64,000 nucleotides of DNA, taken from IMG/VR virus record IMGVR_UViG_3300010373_000005, positions 1 through 64,000 of that record. One strand, 5' to 3'. Under the pieces are notes generated by a model. That model saw nothing but the letters and a program-made list of their open reading frames with translations. It did not search any database and was not told where the DNA came from. This DNA is from a virus. How positions within the stretch are numbered: the first letter of the stretch is position 1; each line of letters begins with the position of its first letter. This document shows positions 34,893 to 43,544 of this stretch, piece by piece. The translations under genes and the position numbers were made by a program.

Positions 34893-36947
34893 TCAGCCTT
34901 CCTGGCTGTCAGTTCCCTTGGAGTCTCCGCCCAGCAGCTTGCCGAGGATGCTTCTCAGGTCGCCGATGTCGTTGGCCATGCGGCGCTTGTCGATGACTCG
35001 CTCCCTGACCTCCTGGTCGATGGTCCCCATGATGATGAGGTCGGTGCATCTCACCGGGCGCCTGGTGCCTCGCCGGTGGGCCCTGTCCTCCGCCTGGGAC
35101 CTCAGCACTGACGACCAGCCCTGGCTGAAGAAGATCACGCGGGTCACGTCTGTGGGGATCGACTCGTCGCCGGGCGGGTGGCCGATGAGGTTAAGGCCGG
35201 TGCCGCCCGCGGCTGGGTTGCCGAGGAAGACGCGACACTGAGGGTCATTATTAAATGACCACTCAGCGGCGCGTCTGTCATCGTCGCCCGTGTTCCCCGT
35301 GAACACCACGTGCCCGATGGATTCTTGCGACAATCTCTCGGAGATCGTCGCGATGTCCTCCATGAAGCATGCCCACACGATCATCTTCTCGTCCTCGCCG
35401 AGCGGCTCGATCAGGTCGTCGTCGTCCTCGAACCCCTTGATCTGCTGGACGAGCGCCTCCACCTTCGGGTTGGGCGTGATCCGCTGTATCGTCTTGGGCA
35501 CCACCATCTCGCCGGTGTCGAGGTCCACGATCGGGTCGAAGCTGACGAAGCCTGACGTGATCTGCGCTAGGCGCAGGAGCTTCACGAGGATATTGTTGGC
35601 GTTAACTGTCTTGGTCTGGTCCGCCATGTCGTCCTCGATCTCGATCAGTAGCTTGTTCTTCATCATCTGGTAGAACTGCCGCTGCTCGGTTGTCATCTCC
35701 ACGTCGACGAAGTCGTAGGTCTTCTTCGGCAGGTCGGGCAACGCCTCTGCCTTCGTGACGATGAACGACATGCGTGCTAACCTGTCTCTCAGGAACGGCA
35801 AGTTCTGGACGTCGACCATCCGCCGCCCACCGTCCGCCGAGATCTGGAACACGCCGTAGAAGTTCTTGAAAGCCTCGAAGTTGCTGAACCCCGAGCCGCC
35901 CTCGCGCATGAACTCGAACAGTGAGTACAGGTCGACCGGCGTGTTACACACTGGCGTGCCGGTCAGCACGCGTCTCCTCTCGGAGACGTCGCGCAGCTTG
36001 AAGGCGAACCTGGCCCGCTTCGTCTTGGGCCACTTGATGAAGTGTCCCTCGTCCAGACCTGCCAGGTGCCACTTGATGATGGACAGGTACTGCCACATGT
36101 TGCTGAGTAATTCATATGACGAGATGAACGTGGTGTAGCGCTGGCCGGGCCGCGCCTGGATGCCCTCCAGCAATAATCTGACGCGCTCCCCCTCCCATCC
36201 CTCGAGGACGATCACCCTGCCGTCGACCTGCGAGAACCGCTGGATCTCCGACGCCCAGTTGTGCCTCACGTTCTTCGGGGCGATCAGCAGTGACTTGAAC
36301 AGCTGCTGCTTCTTGGGCAGGTGGGAGCGGTCCTTCGAGGCCTCTCGGTCGATCTCCTCGACGACGCACAAGGTCTTCCCGGTGCCTGGCACCATGAAGT
36401 ACCCGTAGCCGTCTGCACGCCTGGAGTTCATGGTGGCGACGACCTGGTGGAGCATCATGGGATTCTCGCCCATAGTGAGCCTCGGGACGTCGCAGTACTC
36501 GAAGCCGTCGCCGAGAGCTTCCAACTCGTCCTGGAGGGAGAGGTCACCTTCGGTGATCCTCTTCCTCAGGTCGTTCCGTCTCTCGCAGTACTCGTGGTAC
36601 TTCGCCGCGCGCTCCATGTCCTTACGCTGCTGCTCCATGGTCTTCGACCAGTAGTCGAGGGCGATCCTCGCCTCGTCACTCGCCTCGAGTTGACTCGCGG
36701 GCCACAGTCCCGTGATCACCATCACGACGGCGTCAGTCACCGGTACGTGGTAGTGATTACCGAGCGAGCCGATCTCCTTCTTCTGCGGCAGCCGCTTGAC
36801 GATCGCCTTCGCAGCTCCCGACACGTTCCACGCGGGGTCTCGGTAACTGAGTAAGAGATCGAAGTCCTTACCGTCGTCCGTCAGTTTGAGGCTCATCCTG
36901 TCTGTCGCCGGTATCCTCGGGGCGTTCTCCAGTACCTTGTCGATCAT
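34893..36947 (-). CDS. SNF2/RAD54-family helicase
   Basis: Motif I VPGTGKT. Motif II LDEGHFIK. Motif III LTGTPVCNTPVDLYSLFEF. Helicase C GNPAAGGTGLNL. Motif VI QAEDRAHRRG. Confidence 0.9.
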   Translation of the reverse strand: MIDKVLENAPRIPATDRMSLKLTDDGKDFDLLLSYRDPAWNVSGAAKAIVKRLPQKKEIGSLGNHYHVPVTDAVVMVITGLWPASQLEASDEARIALDYWSKTMEQQRKDMERAAKYHEYCERRNDLRKRITEGDLSLQDELEALGDGFEYCDVPRLTMGENPMMLHQVVATMNSRRADGYGYFMVPGTGKTLCVVEEIDREASKDRSHLPKKQQLFKSLLIAPKNVRHNWASEIQRFSQVDGRVIVLEGWEGERVRLLLEGIQARPGQRYTTFISSYELLSNMWQYLSIIKWHLAGLDEGHFIKWPKTKRARFAFKLRDVSERRRVLTGTPVCNTPVDLYSLFEFMREGGSGFSNFEAFKNFYGVFQISADGGRRMVDVQNLPFLRDRLARMSFIVTKAEALPDLPKKTYDFVDVEMTTEQRQFYQMMKNKLLIEIEDDMADQTKTVNANNILVKLLRLAQITSGFVSFDPIVDLDTGEMVVPKTIQRITPNPKVEALVQQIKGFEDDDDLIEPLGEDEKMIVWACFMEDIATISERLSQESIGHVVFTGNTGDDDRRAAEWSFNNDPQCRVFLGNPAAGGTGLNLIGHPPGDESIPTDVTRVIFFSQGWSSVLRSQAEDRAHRRGTRRPVRCTDLIIMGTIDQEVRERVIDKRRMANDIGDLRSILGKLLGGDSKGTDSQEG

Positions 36948-37004
36948 GATCTTTGGTCTCCATTCGAGTGATAGTGATTGGTCACTGAGCTCGCGACGAG
37001 CGGC

Positions 37005-37748
37005 TCAGGTGGCATTGCCACTGAGCTGCTCTCGCAGCTCCGGGTCCAGCTCGGACATGAGCTGCTCCATCTCCTCTAGTATCGCGTCCTTCCTCTGCGT
37101 GACGTGCTCGCCGTCCGGTCCCATGTCCCGAGCTAGAACTCTCAACTCATTGAGCTGAGAGTTCAAGTCGTCCAGTAGGTCGTAGCCCCCGGCTACGTTG
37201 TCTAGGGTGTCGAAGAACTGACGGTGCGACGACTGGAGCGCCAGCAGCAGTGGCTTCTCCTCGACCTCGAAGAACTGCTCCTCAGACAGTCGCTTGAGCC
37301 GGTGGACCGCGTCCACCTCGTGCCTGAGAGCCTTCATGAGGTTCTTCGCGTCAGTGTACTTCTCCGACGTGAGCTGGATCTTGCTCAGGCGCTCGTGGGC
37401 CTCGCCCTCCCTGACGATGCGCTCCTCGTTGTCGACGGAGGCGCCGAGCTTGTTCAGCTTCTGGACGAGCATCTTCATCCTGACGATGCGCTCGTGCTCC
37501 TTGGCGGCCCTGGCCACCTCACCGAGCTCCTCGATGCGGAGCTGCATCTGGAGCATCTCCCTGTCGCCGTTGGTGCGCTTGGCGCGGAGCCGGTCTAACT
37601 TAGCAGTTAGTCTGGCTCTCTCCTCGCGGTACTGCCTCCACTTCCTGCGGAGCCATGGCATGCCTCCCGCCATGTCGCTCCTTATCACCTTGATCCTCAT
37701 CTCCAGCTTCGTCATCTCCTCCTTCACCTGACCGTACGTCCTCGCCAT
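37005..37748 (-). CDS. coiled-coil protein
   Basis: ATG at 37748 with an AGGAGG RBS. 247 aa, almost entirely heptad-type charged helix. Confidence 0.6.
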   Translation of the reverse strand: MARTYGQVKEEMTKLEMRIKVIRSDMAGGMPWLRRKWRQYREERARLTAKLDRLRAKRTNGDREMLQMQLRIEELGEVARAAKEHERIVRMKMLVQKLNKLGASVDNEERIVREGEAHERLSKIQLTSEKYTDAKNLMKALRHEVDAVHRLKRLSEEQFFEVEEKPLLLALQSSHRQFFDTLDNVAGGYDLLDDLNSQLNELRVLARDMGPDGEHVTQRKDAILEEMEQLMSELDPELREQLSGNAT

Positions 37749-37781
37749 GAGGTGCCTCCTGCTGTGGGTAACATGCGAATG

Positions 37782-37821
37782 ATAAAAAGAGAGGGGAGAC
37801 AACACTTCGTTGTCTCCCCTC
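37782..37821 (-). terminator. rho-independent terminator
   Basis: Minus sense: GAGGGGAGACAAC, a 5-nt loop, GTTGTCTCCCCTC, then TCTTTTTATC. It lies 34 nt after the stop at 37855. Confidence 0.8.
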
Positions 37822-37854
37822 GCGGAGTCTCGCGACTTACGCGTCTGCAGGAAT

Positions 37855-38304
37855 TCAAGCCGCCGGTGCGGCTGTGCCCTCGGTCGAGGGTGCCGCCTCA
37901 CCCGCAGCCGGAGCCTCGTCGTCGCCCTCGGCCTCGAGCTTGGCCAGCATCTCCTTCAGGCGGGCGATGCGCTTGAGCTTCGCGCGCTGGGTGGCCGAGC
38001 CGCTCTTGCGGCAGATCTCGGCCTCGGCGCGGAGCTTGACGACGCGCTCCGCCATCTGGTCCGCCATCTTCTCGAGCAGGACCGCCTCGTTCTCGAAGTC
38101 GTTCCGGCGCAGCGGCAGGTGCAGCTTCGGGTCATAGTCCGCGGGCCAGTCCTTCAGCTTGACCGTGCCCTTGTTGTCGGCGCCGGCCATGATGCCGGGA
38201 TACGCCTTGCGCTCGACCTTCTCCTTCTTCGGCTTGCCGGTCGGAGCTCCCGGCTTCGTGGACTGTGCGGGCTTCGCTGCGGCGGGGGATTTCACGTGCG
38301 ACAT
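37855..38304 (-). CDS. Lys/Pro-rich N-terminus + coiled-coil protein, paralog A
   Basis: ATG at 38304. 149 aa. Shares KLHLPLR..DFENE...AEIC(R/K).SGSA..RAK.KRI..LKEMLAKLEAE with 42385..42861. Confidence 0.65.
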   Translation of the reverse strand: MSHVKSPAAAKPAQSTKPGAPTGKPKKEKVERKAYPGIMAGADNKGTVKLKDWPADYDPKLHLPLRRNDFENEAVLLEKMADQMAERVVKLRAEAEICRKSGSATQRAKLKRIARLKEMLAKLEAEGDDEAPAAGEAAPSTEGTAAPAA

Positions 38305-38385
38305 GGTAGTGTCTCTTTCTGTGTGTGAGTGGTGAAGTGGTAACATCAATCGCGTTTCACGGAGGATTTTCCCGTGTCCTGGTCC

Positions 38386-38414
38386 ATTATACCGAGGACA
38401 GGACAGTCTGTACA
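38386..38414 (-). promoter_or_regulatory. sigma-70-like promoter candidate
   Basis: Minus sense: TGTACA, 17 nt, TATAAT, about 82 nt upstream of the ATG at 38304. The -10 box sits inside the 7-bp inverted repeat TGTCCTG/CAGGACA (38375-38381 / 38399-38405). Confidence 0.4.
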
Positions 38415-38477
38415 CCCTGAATCTGGGTTTTTCTGGGTTTTCTGGGACCTTTCCTGAAAGAACTAGGGACTTGGAAA

Positions 38478-38490
38478 TGTTAAGATAGGT
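38478..38490 (-). promoter_or_regulatory. ACCTATCTTAACA motif copy 3
   Basis: 13-mer identical to 33357..33369. It follows the stop at 38497 after a 6-nt gap. Confidence 0.3.
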
Positions 38491-38496
38491 AAGATG

Positions 38497-38802
38497 CTAC
38501 TCGATCTTCTGGTACGCGTACAGGTCGAAACCCTCACCGTGCAGGACTCCTGATGGTGATGCGTCGACGATCAGTCGCACGGGCGCAGCCATGCACTGGC
38601 TGCCGCAGTCCGGGCACTTCTCCAGTACACGGTCAATCGCGTGCTGCGCGTGCAGCGCGTTGACCATCCAGGCCCAGTGACCGTCCGTGACCAAGTAAGG
38701 CTCGACCCGTGACTCAGTCGTTCGCCTGAGTGCGTTCACCGCCTCGATCCGGACGCGGACGTCTGAGCTGTCGAGCGGGTCGATCTTAGGTCTTCGTGTC
38801 AT
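38497..38802 (-). CDS. hypothetical protein
   Basis: 101 aa with an ATG start. CPDCGSQC motif. Confidence 0.55.
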   Translation of the reverse strand: MTRRPKIDPLDSSDVRVRIEAVNALRRTTESRVEPYLVTDGHWAWMVNALHAQHAIDRVLEKCPDCGSQCMAAPVRLIVDASPSGVLHGEGFDLYAYQKIE

Positions 38803-38815
38803 GAGGTTCTCCTTG

Positions 38816-39202
38816 CTAGTCGGTTGACTTTACGATAGTAACGTCCATACGTCTCTGAATCTCCCTGTTCATCGACTCGTACGAATCCATCAGCATCCGC
38901 TTGCCGCGGATGACTCGCAGATCCTCGACGAGAGCCTGCAGCTGATCAATGGTCACGTGCTGAAGCAGCACGTCGAGCAGGTCACTGGTCGTTCGTCGCT
39001 CCTCCTTGTATGGGTTAAGCGGCAGAGAGGTCTCCTCGGCCCGGATGTCGGCCAGCACCACTGGAGACCTAGTCTTGCTCGTATAGTAGCGAATGGCCGC
39101 GCACACCTGCTTAGCCGACACTCCGCGTGCGTGCTGCCAGAATTTCCACTCGCCGTCAGGATGCCTCTTGTACACAGTGAAGGTCTTCTTTACACTGGCC
39201 AT
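38816..39202 (-). CDS. hypothetical protein
   Basis: ATG at 39202 with a GAGGAGGAG RBS. 128 aa. Confidence 0.55.
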   Translation of the reverse strand: MASVKKTFTVYKRHPDGEWKFWQHARGVSAKQVCAAIRYYTSKTRSPVVLADIRAEETSLPLNPYKEERRTTSDLLDVLLQHVTIDQLQALVEDLRVIRGKRMLMDSYESMNREIQRRMDVTIVKSTD

Positions 39203-40008
39203 TCTCTCCTCCTCACCTTCTCTTCTAGAGTCGGGTTGTCGAGACACGTCTTCCAGTCTCTCCAGTCTATCTGCACCAGCTTGAGCGTGTCAGTAAGGAA
39301 CTCGTACCTGCGCGGGCACTTCTCCTGCAGCAGGTACGGGTTGGTGATGAACAGGCGGATCGCCTCGGCGAAGTCCTCGTCGTTCTCGGTGCGCGCGTAC
39401 ACCGACACCGGTTGTTCCACGCTACAACGACAATCGTAAAAGAGTCTATCTACTCTTTTACGTTTGAGCTCCTGGTGCACGTGGTGCCCGTACTCATGGG
39501 CCAGCACGCCGAGAGGTGAGTAGTCCCGCAGCCAGCGCGGCCACGACTGGTCGCTGTTCACGGGGCATCCGACCGAGTAGATCTGCACGGTCTTGCTGGA
39601 CCATTTGTAGAGTCCCTCGTGCTGCCGCGCTCCCTCGGGACGATGGTCGAGCACCTCTACAGTTGGGAGTGCGATGTTGTTCAGCAGGCACCACGAGTTC
39701 ACCTGACGGTGCGCGCAGGCCACCACGTCCTCCAGGACGTCGCCGCGCTCCATCGGCTCGACCACCATGACCGGGCCCTTCGGCCCTGTCGACTCGCGCA
39801 CCACGCGGATGTCGACGGGCTGCGGAGGGTTGCCAGGTCCGGGTGGTCCGCCCTCCGGGTTCGTCCACCCGAGCTTGACGCTGAGGACGTCAGCTGTGTG
39901 CTGTAATCCGACCACATGCGCCGTCACGCCGGTCTGCCCGGCGAACAGCATCGGCCGGTCGTCTGGCCAGCCGTGGATCATGTCCAGGAACTCTCGCTTA
40001 GTCATCAT
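39190..40008 (-). CDS. zinc metallopeptidase-like protein (HExxH)
   Basis: GVLAHEYGHHVHQE contains HExxH. The start was chosen at the ATG at 40008, downstream of AGGAGG. 272 aa. Confidence 0.6.
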   Translation of the reverse strand: MMTKREFLDMIHGWPDDRPMLFAGQTGVTAHVVGLQHTADVLSVKLGWTNPEGGPPGPGNPPQPVDIRVVRESTGPKGPVMVVEPMERGDVLEDVVACAHRQVNSWCLLNNIALPTVEVLDHRPEGARQHEGLYKWSSKTVQIYSVGCPVNSDQSWPRWLRDYSPLGVLAHEYGHHVHQELKRKRVDRLFYDCRCSVEQPVSVYARTENDEDFAEAIRLFITNPYLLQEKCPRRYEFLTDTLKLVQIDWRDWKTCLDNPTLEEKVRRREWPV

Positions 40009-40015
40009 ATGAGCA

Positions 40016-40237
40016 TCACCTCCTGTCAATCGGTTTCATCTTGCGAATGTCCTGCCAGTCTCGGCCCTCGCACTGCCGGTCGAGGGCGACCAGCGCGTCG
40101 TGGATCGTGGGACCGCAGCCCTCCAGCATCACTGCCGAGTCGTCCCACGAGAGCAATTTGGCGCAGTAGTGATCCACGAGGTACGTGACCTCGATCTCCT
40201 CGTGGAGCTGGACGCAGTTGTCAAGGTTCTCTAGCAT
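40016..40237 (-). CDS. small hypothetical protein
   Basis: 73 aa with an ATG start. Confidence 0.5.
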   Translation of the reverse strand: MLENLDNCVQLHEEIEVTYLVDHYCAKLLSWDDSAVMLEGCGPTIHDALVALDRQCEGRDWQDIRKMKPIDRR

Positions 40238-40439
40238 GTCGTTTCCTTTCGTAGTGCCTGCACGCGCAGTGCACCGAGCACCTGCCGCACAGGCTGCACG
40301 CGTCGCCCGAGCACGTCCTGACGCTGGTCGACGGCCCGAGCGCCCTGATAGCGCACGGCGGCGCAGGCGGCCCTAATTCGTTCACGAGCGTCTCGTACAG
40401 CGAGCGCTCCCAGTCGAGGTACCTCTGGTCACGGCTCAT
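40221..40439 (-). CDS. small Cys-rich hypothetical protein
   Basis: The ATG at 40439 overlaps the upstream stop (ATGA). CSGDACSLCGRCSVHCAC cluster. Confidence 0.45.
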   Translation of the reverse strand: MSRDQRYLDWERSLYETLVNELGPPAPPCAIRALGPSTSVRTCSGDACSLCGRCSVHCACRHYERKRHAREP

Positions 40440-40843
40440 TCCCACACCTCGTAGAACTGGTAGTCAGCCCAGCCCATCTCCCTGAGACCATCCGCGTCGT
40501 CGGGTCCGCGGTCCTCAGGGATGACACAGACAGTCATGATCTCAGGGTGACCCTCCTGGCCGACCTCGAGCACGTCGCAGCGCTCGCGAGGATTGCCCTC
40601 GCCGTCAGAGGGCAGCACGATCTTGTCGCCTGCCCTGAGCTCTGAGGCACGCTTGCCGCGCGGCCACGTGGCCCCGTGCACTCCGCCACTCGGCTTATAC
40701 AGCACGTCGAGCGGCTGGTCCTCGAGCGCGGCCCGCTGCTGTGCCACCTTGACCTCGTGGTCGAAGGCGCCCTCTGACTTCATGCGCTCCCTCAGCAGGG
40801 AGTAGCTCTGCCACCTGTGCTTGCTCACGACGCACCTCCTCAT
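40436..40843 (-). CDS. hypothetical protein (start uncertain)
   Basis: The ORF is open to 40954, but its N-terminal 37 codons look non-protein-like. The ATG at 40843 has no RBS. Confidence 0.45.
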   Translation of the reverse strand: MRRCVVSKHRWQSYSLLRERMKSEGAFDHEVKVAQQRAALEDQPLDVLYKPSGGVHGATWPRGKRASELRAGDKIVLPSDGEGNPRERCDVLEVGQEGHPEIMTVCVIPEDRGPDDADGLREMGWADYQFYEVWE

Positions 40844-40961
40844 GCAGTTAGGCTGAACTGCGTACAGGACCACCGTCGCGGGAGGCCGCGTGCCGGCTAC
40901 GAGCCGGTCGCTGCACCTCCCGCTCGGGCGGTCATGGCTGACTTGGTATACCAAACCTTCC

Positions 40962-41351
40962 TCAAGCGTTGTCCAGATCGGCCTCGTCGAGCCCGTACCT
41001 GGCGGCTATCTCCAGCACTCCCTTGACAGCGTCAGATCCGAGGAAGAACCTTCGGTCTTTCTCGTCCGGCTCGTCTGGATAACCTCGGTGATACTTGAAT
41101 GAATTAGCCTTGAGCCAGCCTTCGAACTGATCAGCGAGCTGCCAGTCGCGGTTCGTAGAGGGCGGATCACCGAGGTCTTTGTCGCAGCCGCTCCCGTAGA
41201 ACTTGATGTAACCTGGGAGGCCCTCGTACTCTGGAGGTCCCTCGTCTACATGCCACAGCGTGGCTCGACACTCAGACGTGACGCCCACTGCGGCCAGGAA
41301 GTTTTTGAAGCTCTTCGACAGAGGTTCTATTTCGTCTTCTTCGTATGCCAT
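40962..41351 (-). CDS. hypothetical acidic protein
   Basis: 129 aa with an ATG start. Confidence 0.6.
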   Translation of the reverse strand: MAYEEDEIEPLSKSFKNFLAAVGVTSECRATLWHVDEGPPEYEGLPGYIKFYGSGCDKDLGDPPSTNRDWQLADQFEGWLKANSFKYHRGYPDEPDEKDRRFFLGSDAVKGVLEIAARYGLDEADLDNA

Positions 41352-41391
41352 GACTGTGTCTCCTCTGAAATGATAGTGACGCGTACTCCTC

Positions 41392-41793
41392 CTAGTAGCA
41401 CAGGTCCAGCAGCGCGATCACGAGGTACTTCAGCTTTATCGCGCTCGGGTGCTCCCTGGCGACGTACTCCTCGATGAGCCGCTGGGCCTCGAACGACACG
41501 TTCTGATCAGCGGCTAGGTCGATCGCGCGCTGCAGGTGCGAGGCCTTCGTCTGCTTCTCCCTGACGTGCAGCCGCCGCATGTCCTCCCTGGTCGACGCGC
41601 CATCGTGGTAGTGGCTCATCAAGAAATTCAGAAGGTCGTCGGTCTCGCCCTCGTACCTGACGACCGGATTGCCGCCTCCCGGGCCGCAGGGGTCGACCAG
41701 TGACGCCTTGAGGTCATGGTCTCCAGCGGAGCCCCACAGTGCCGTCAGCTGCTCGAAGTTCTCTACTGACGTGTCCATGTCCGCGTGCGCCAT
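41392..41793 (-). CDS. hypothetical protein
   Basis: ATG at 41793 with a GAAAGAGA RBS-like string. 133 aa. Confidence 0.55.
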   Translation of the reverse strand: MAHADMDTSVENFEQLTALWGSAGDHDLKASLVDPCGPGGGNPVVRYEGETDDLLNFLMSHYHDGASTREDMRRLHVREKQTKASHLQRAIDLAADQNVSFEAQRLIEEYVAREHPSAIKLKYLVIALLDLCY

Positions 41794-41906
41794 GACGTGT
41801 CTCTTTCGTTCGAGTGATGTGGATAAGTATGTCATACTCTCGCCTAGCCTACGGGCTCGCCCGCCGCGGCGATACACAGTGCCTGCCGGGCGGACGGTCC
41901 CGGGTG

Positions 41907-42206
41907 CTAGACCGCGGACTCACTCGTCGGGGCGGGCTGCTCGGCCCGGAGGGCCTCCAGCTGCTTCTCGAGGAAGGCGATCCTGCGCTTCTTCTGCAGG
42001 GCCTTCTCGTCGCCGGTGGACTCCAGCGTGTCGGCGTCCTCCGTGAGCTTCTGCGCCAGGGCGCTGAACCTAGCAGCGTCCGCGCGCATCTTAGCGATCC
42101 GCTCCGGCAGCGGCAGCGGAGCGGGCCGCTCCTTCTTGGCTTTCTCCTTCTTGGCCGGGGCCTTCTTCGCGGGCTTGGCAGGTGCGTCTGTCATGTCGGT
42201 ACTCAT
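41907..42206 (-). CDS. Lys/Ala-rich (histone H1-like composition) + coiled-coil protein
   Basis: 99 aa. APAKPAKKAPAKKEKAKKERP at the N-terminus. The C-terminal KKRRIAFLEKQLEALRAE resembles the tails of paralogs A and B. Confidence 0.6.
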   Translation of the reverse strand: MSTDMTDAPAKPAKKAPAKKEKAKKERPAPLPLPERIAKMRADAARFSALAQKLTEDADTLESTGDEKALQKKRRIAFLEKQLEALRAEQPAPTSESAV

Positions 42207-42337
42207 GTCTTGTCTCCTTCGATTGATGTGAACTCGATCAGCGTAAGGCCGCTACGCGCGGCACAGAAACGATGAGGAGCTTCGCCCACCCCTCTTGAGG
42301 GCCTGCCGGCAGCAGCAGGGAAGGCCCAGGGCGTGAT

Positions 42338-42369
42338 GATACTGCTCACACAATTGTGTGAGCAGTATC
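42338..42369. repeat. perfect 32-bp palindrome
   Basis: GATACTGCTCACACAATTGTGTGAGCAGTATC, 16 nt downstream of the stop at 42385. No U-tract follows. Confidence 0.9.
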
Positions 42370-42384
42370 AGTCACTCACTGACA

Positions 42385-42861
42385 CTACTCCTCGTCGTCG
42401 CTCTCGGCCTCCAGCTTCGCCAGCATCTCCTTCAGGTGGTTGATGCGCTTCTTCTTGGCGCGCTCCTTGGCCGACCCGGAGGTCTTGCAGATCTCGGCGT
42501 CCTTGCGGAGCTTGGCCGCCGCGCGCTCATAGCGCTCGGCTCTCCAGACGAGGAGGGGCCACTCGTTCTCGAAGTCCTGCGGCCTCAGCGGGAGGTGCAG
42601 CTTCTCGTCGTAGTCTGAAGGGATCGCGTCGACCAGCTTGACGGTCGCCCGCTGCTCCTGGTCGACCTGCAGGCCCGGGTAGTACACTCGCTCCTTCTTC
42701 GGCTTCTTGCCCTTCCCCTCCGGCGGCAGCTCCGTGCCCTGACGGGCGGCGAGCTGCTCCGGGGTGAGGTTGGCCAGTGCGGCCTGACGGCGCGAAGTTT
42801 GAGGGCGATCGCCCTCAGCCTTCGCTCTCACTTGTTCATGCTGCAACACGTTCTTTGCCAT
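42385..42861 (-). CDS. Lys/Pro-rich + coiled-coil protein, paralog B
   Basis: ATG at 42861, 7 nt after AAGGAGA. 158 aa. By-eye alignment to 37855..38304 gives roughly half identical residues over about 110 aa. Confidence 0.65.
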   Translation of the reverse strand: MAKNVLQHEQVRAKAEGDRPQTSRRQAALANLTPEQLAARQGTELPPEGKGKKPKKERVYYPGLQVDQEQRATVKLVDAIPSDYDEKLHLPLRPQDFENEWPLLVWRAERYERAAAKLRKDAEICKTSGSAKERAKKKRINHLKEMLAKLEAESDDEE

Positions 42862-42946
42862 GATCATATCTCCTTACCAGACTAGTGATGCTCGGCTGGT
42901 ACGAGCGATGAGTTTGAAGAGGTACTCATCAGACCTCGTTGAACTG

Positions 42947-43210
42947 TCAGCCGTCGCCGTAGCCGTCGCCGTAGCCAGAGCCGGAGCCGGAGCCGTCGCC
43001 GGAGCTGTCGCCGGAGCCGTCGCCGTAGCCGTCGCCGTAGCCGGAGCCGTCGCCGTAGCCGTCGCCGTAGCCGTAGCCGGAGCCGGAGCCGTCGCCGGAG
43101 CCGAAGCCGGAGCCGTCGCCGTAGCCGGAGCCGGAGCCGTAGCCGTCGCCGTCGCCGGAGCCGTCGCCGTAGCCGTCGCCGTAGCCGGAGCCGTCACTTA
43201 TTCCCGCCAT
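42947..43210 (-). CDS. Gly-Tyr-Asp-Ser repeat protein
   Basis: 87 aa, almost entirely (G[YSDF])n: GYGDGYGDGSGDGDGYGSGSGYGDGSGFGSG... The ATG at 43210 overlaps the upstream gene by 13 nt. Frame chosen because the ATG at 43210 is coupled to the upstream gene; the strand follows that of all other genes. Confidence 0.45.
   Translation of the reverse strand: MAGISDGSGYGDGYGDGSGDGDGYGSGSGYGDGSGFGSGDGSGSGYGYGDGYGDGSGYGDGYGDGSGDSSGDGSGSGSGYGDGYGDG
42950..43200. repeat. triplet-based low-complexity repeat (GCC-GTA/GGA/GTC units)
   Basis: Three of the six frames are open across it in the ORF track. The units GCCGTAGCCGTC and GCCGGAGCCGTC recur irregularly. Confidence 0.85.
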
Positions 43211-43503
43211 ACCGGCACCTCCTCGATGCTCTTCCTAGCCTTAGCCGTAGTGTAAATGACCTCGATGACCTCAGTCAGTTCGTGTTTTGGCGTCGGGGTA
43301 GGAAACTTACATTCAGTGGGCTTAGACGTTCCGTCCACTGCCAGCTGGGATAACGTGGCAGCCCCCGCCCAGTACCACAGTCGTCGGCAGTTAATGAGCT
43401 CTGCCTCCTTGCCTTCTCGCCTCACGAGCAGGCCCGCGAAGCATCCCGCTGAGTAGGTGCGAATGATCACGTAAGGGTACTTAACTTTCTTGGATTTCGT
43501 CAT
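43198..43503 (-). CDS. conserved-looking hypothetical phage protein
   Basis: 101 aa. YVIIRTYSAGCFAGLL...NCRRLWYWAGAATLSQLA. I recall similar small phage proteins of unknown function. Confidence 0.6.
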   Translation of the reverse strand: MTKSKKVKYPYVIIRTYSAGCFAGLLVRREGKEAELINCRRLWYWAGAATLSQLAVDGTSKPTECKFPTPTPKHELTEVIEVIYTTAKARKSIEEVPVWRE

Positions 43504-43544
43504 GTCACATGTCTCCTTGTGTTAGAGTTAGCGTGAATGTGGAT

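Noticed and set aside
42860-43255. The plus-strand poly-Ala/Val ORF and the minus-strand poly-Thr/Ala/Pro ORF (42874..43197) across the triplet repeat. I also considered whether this repeat is a CRISPR array.
   Set aside because: Three frames are open in the ORF track only because of the repeat. The plus-strand frame is excluded by the strand of all other genes, and of the two minus frames I preferred the one whose ATG is coupled to the upstream gene. It is not a CRISPR array: the units are 6-18 nt and irregular, there are no unique spacers and no cas genes.
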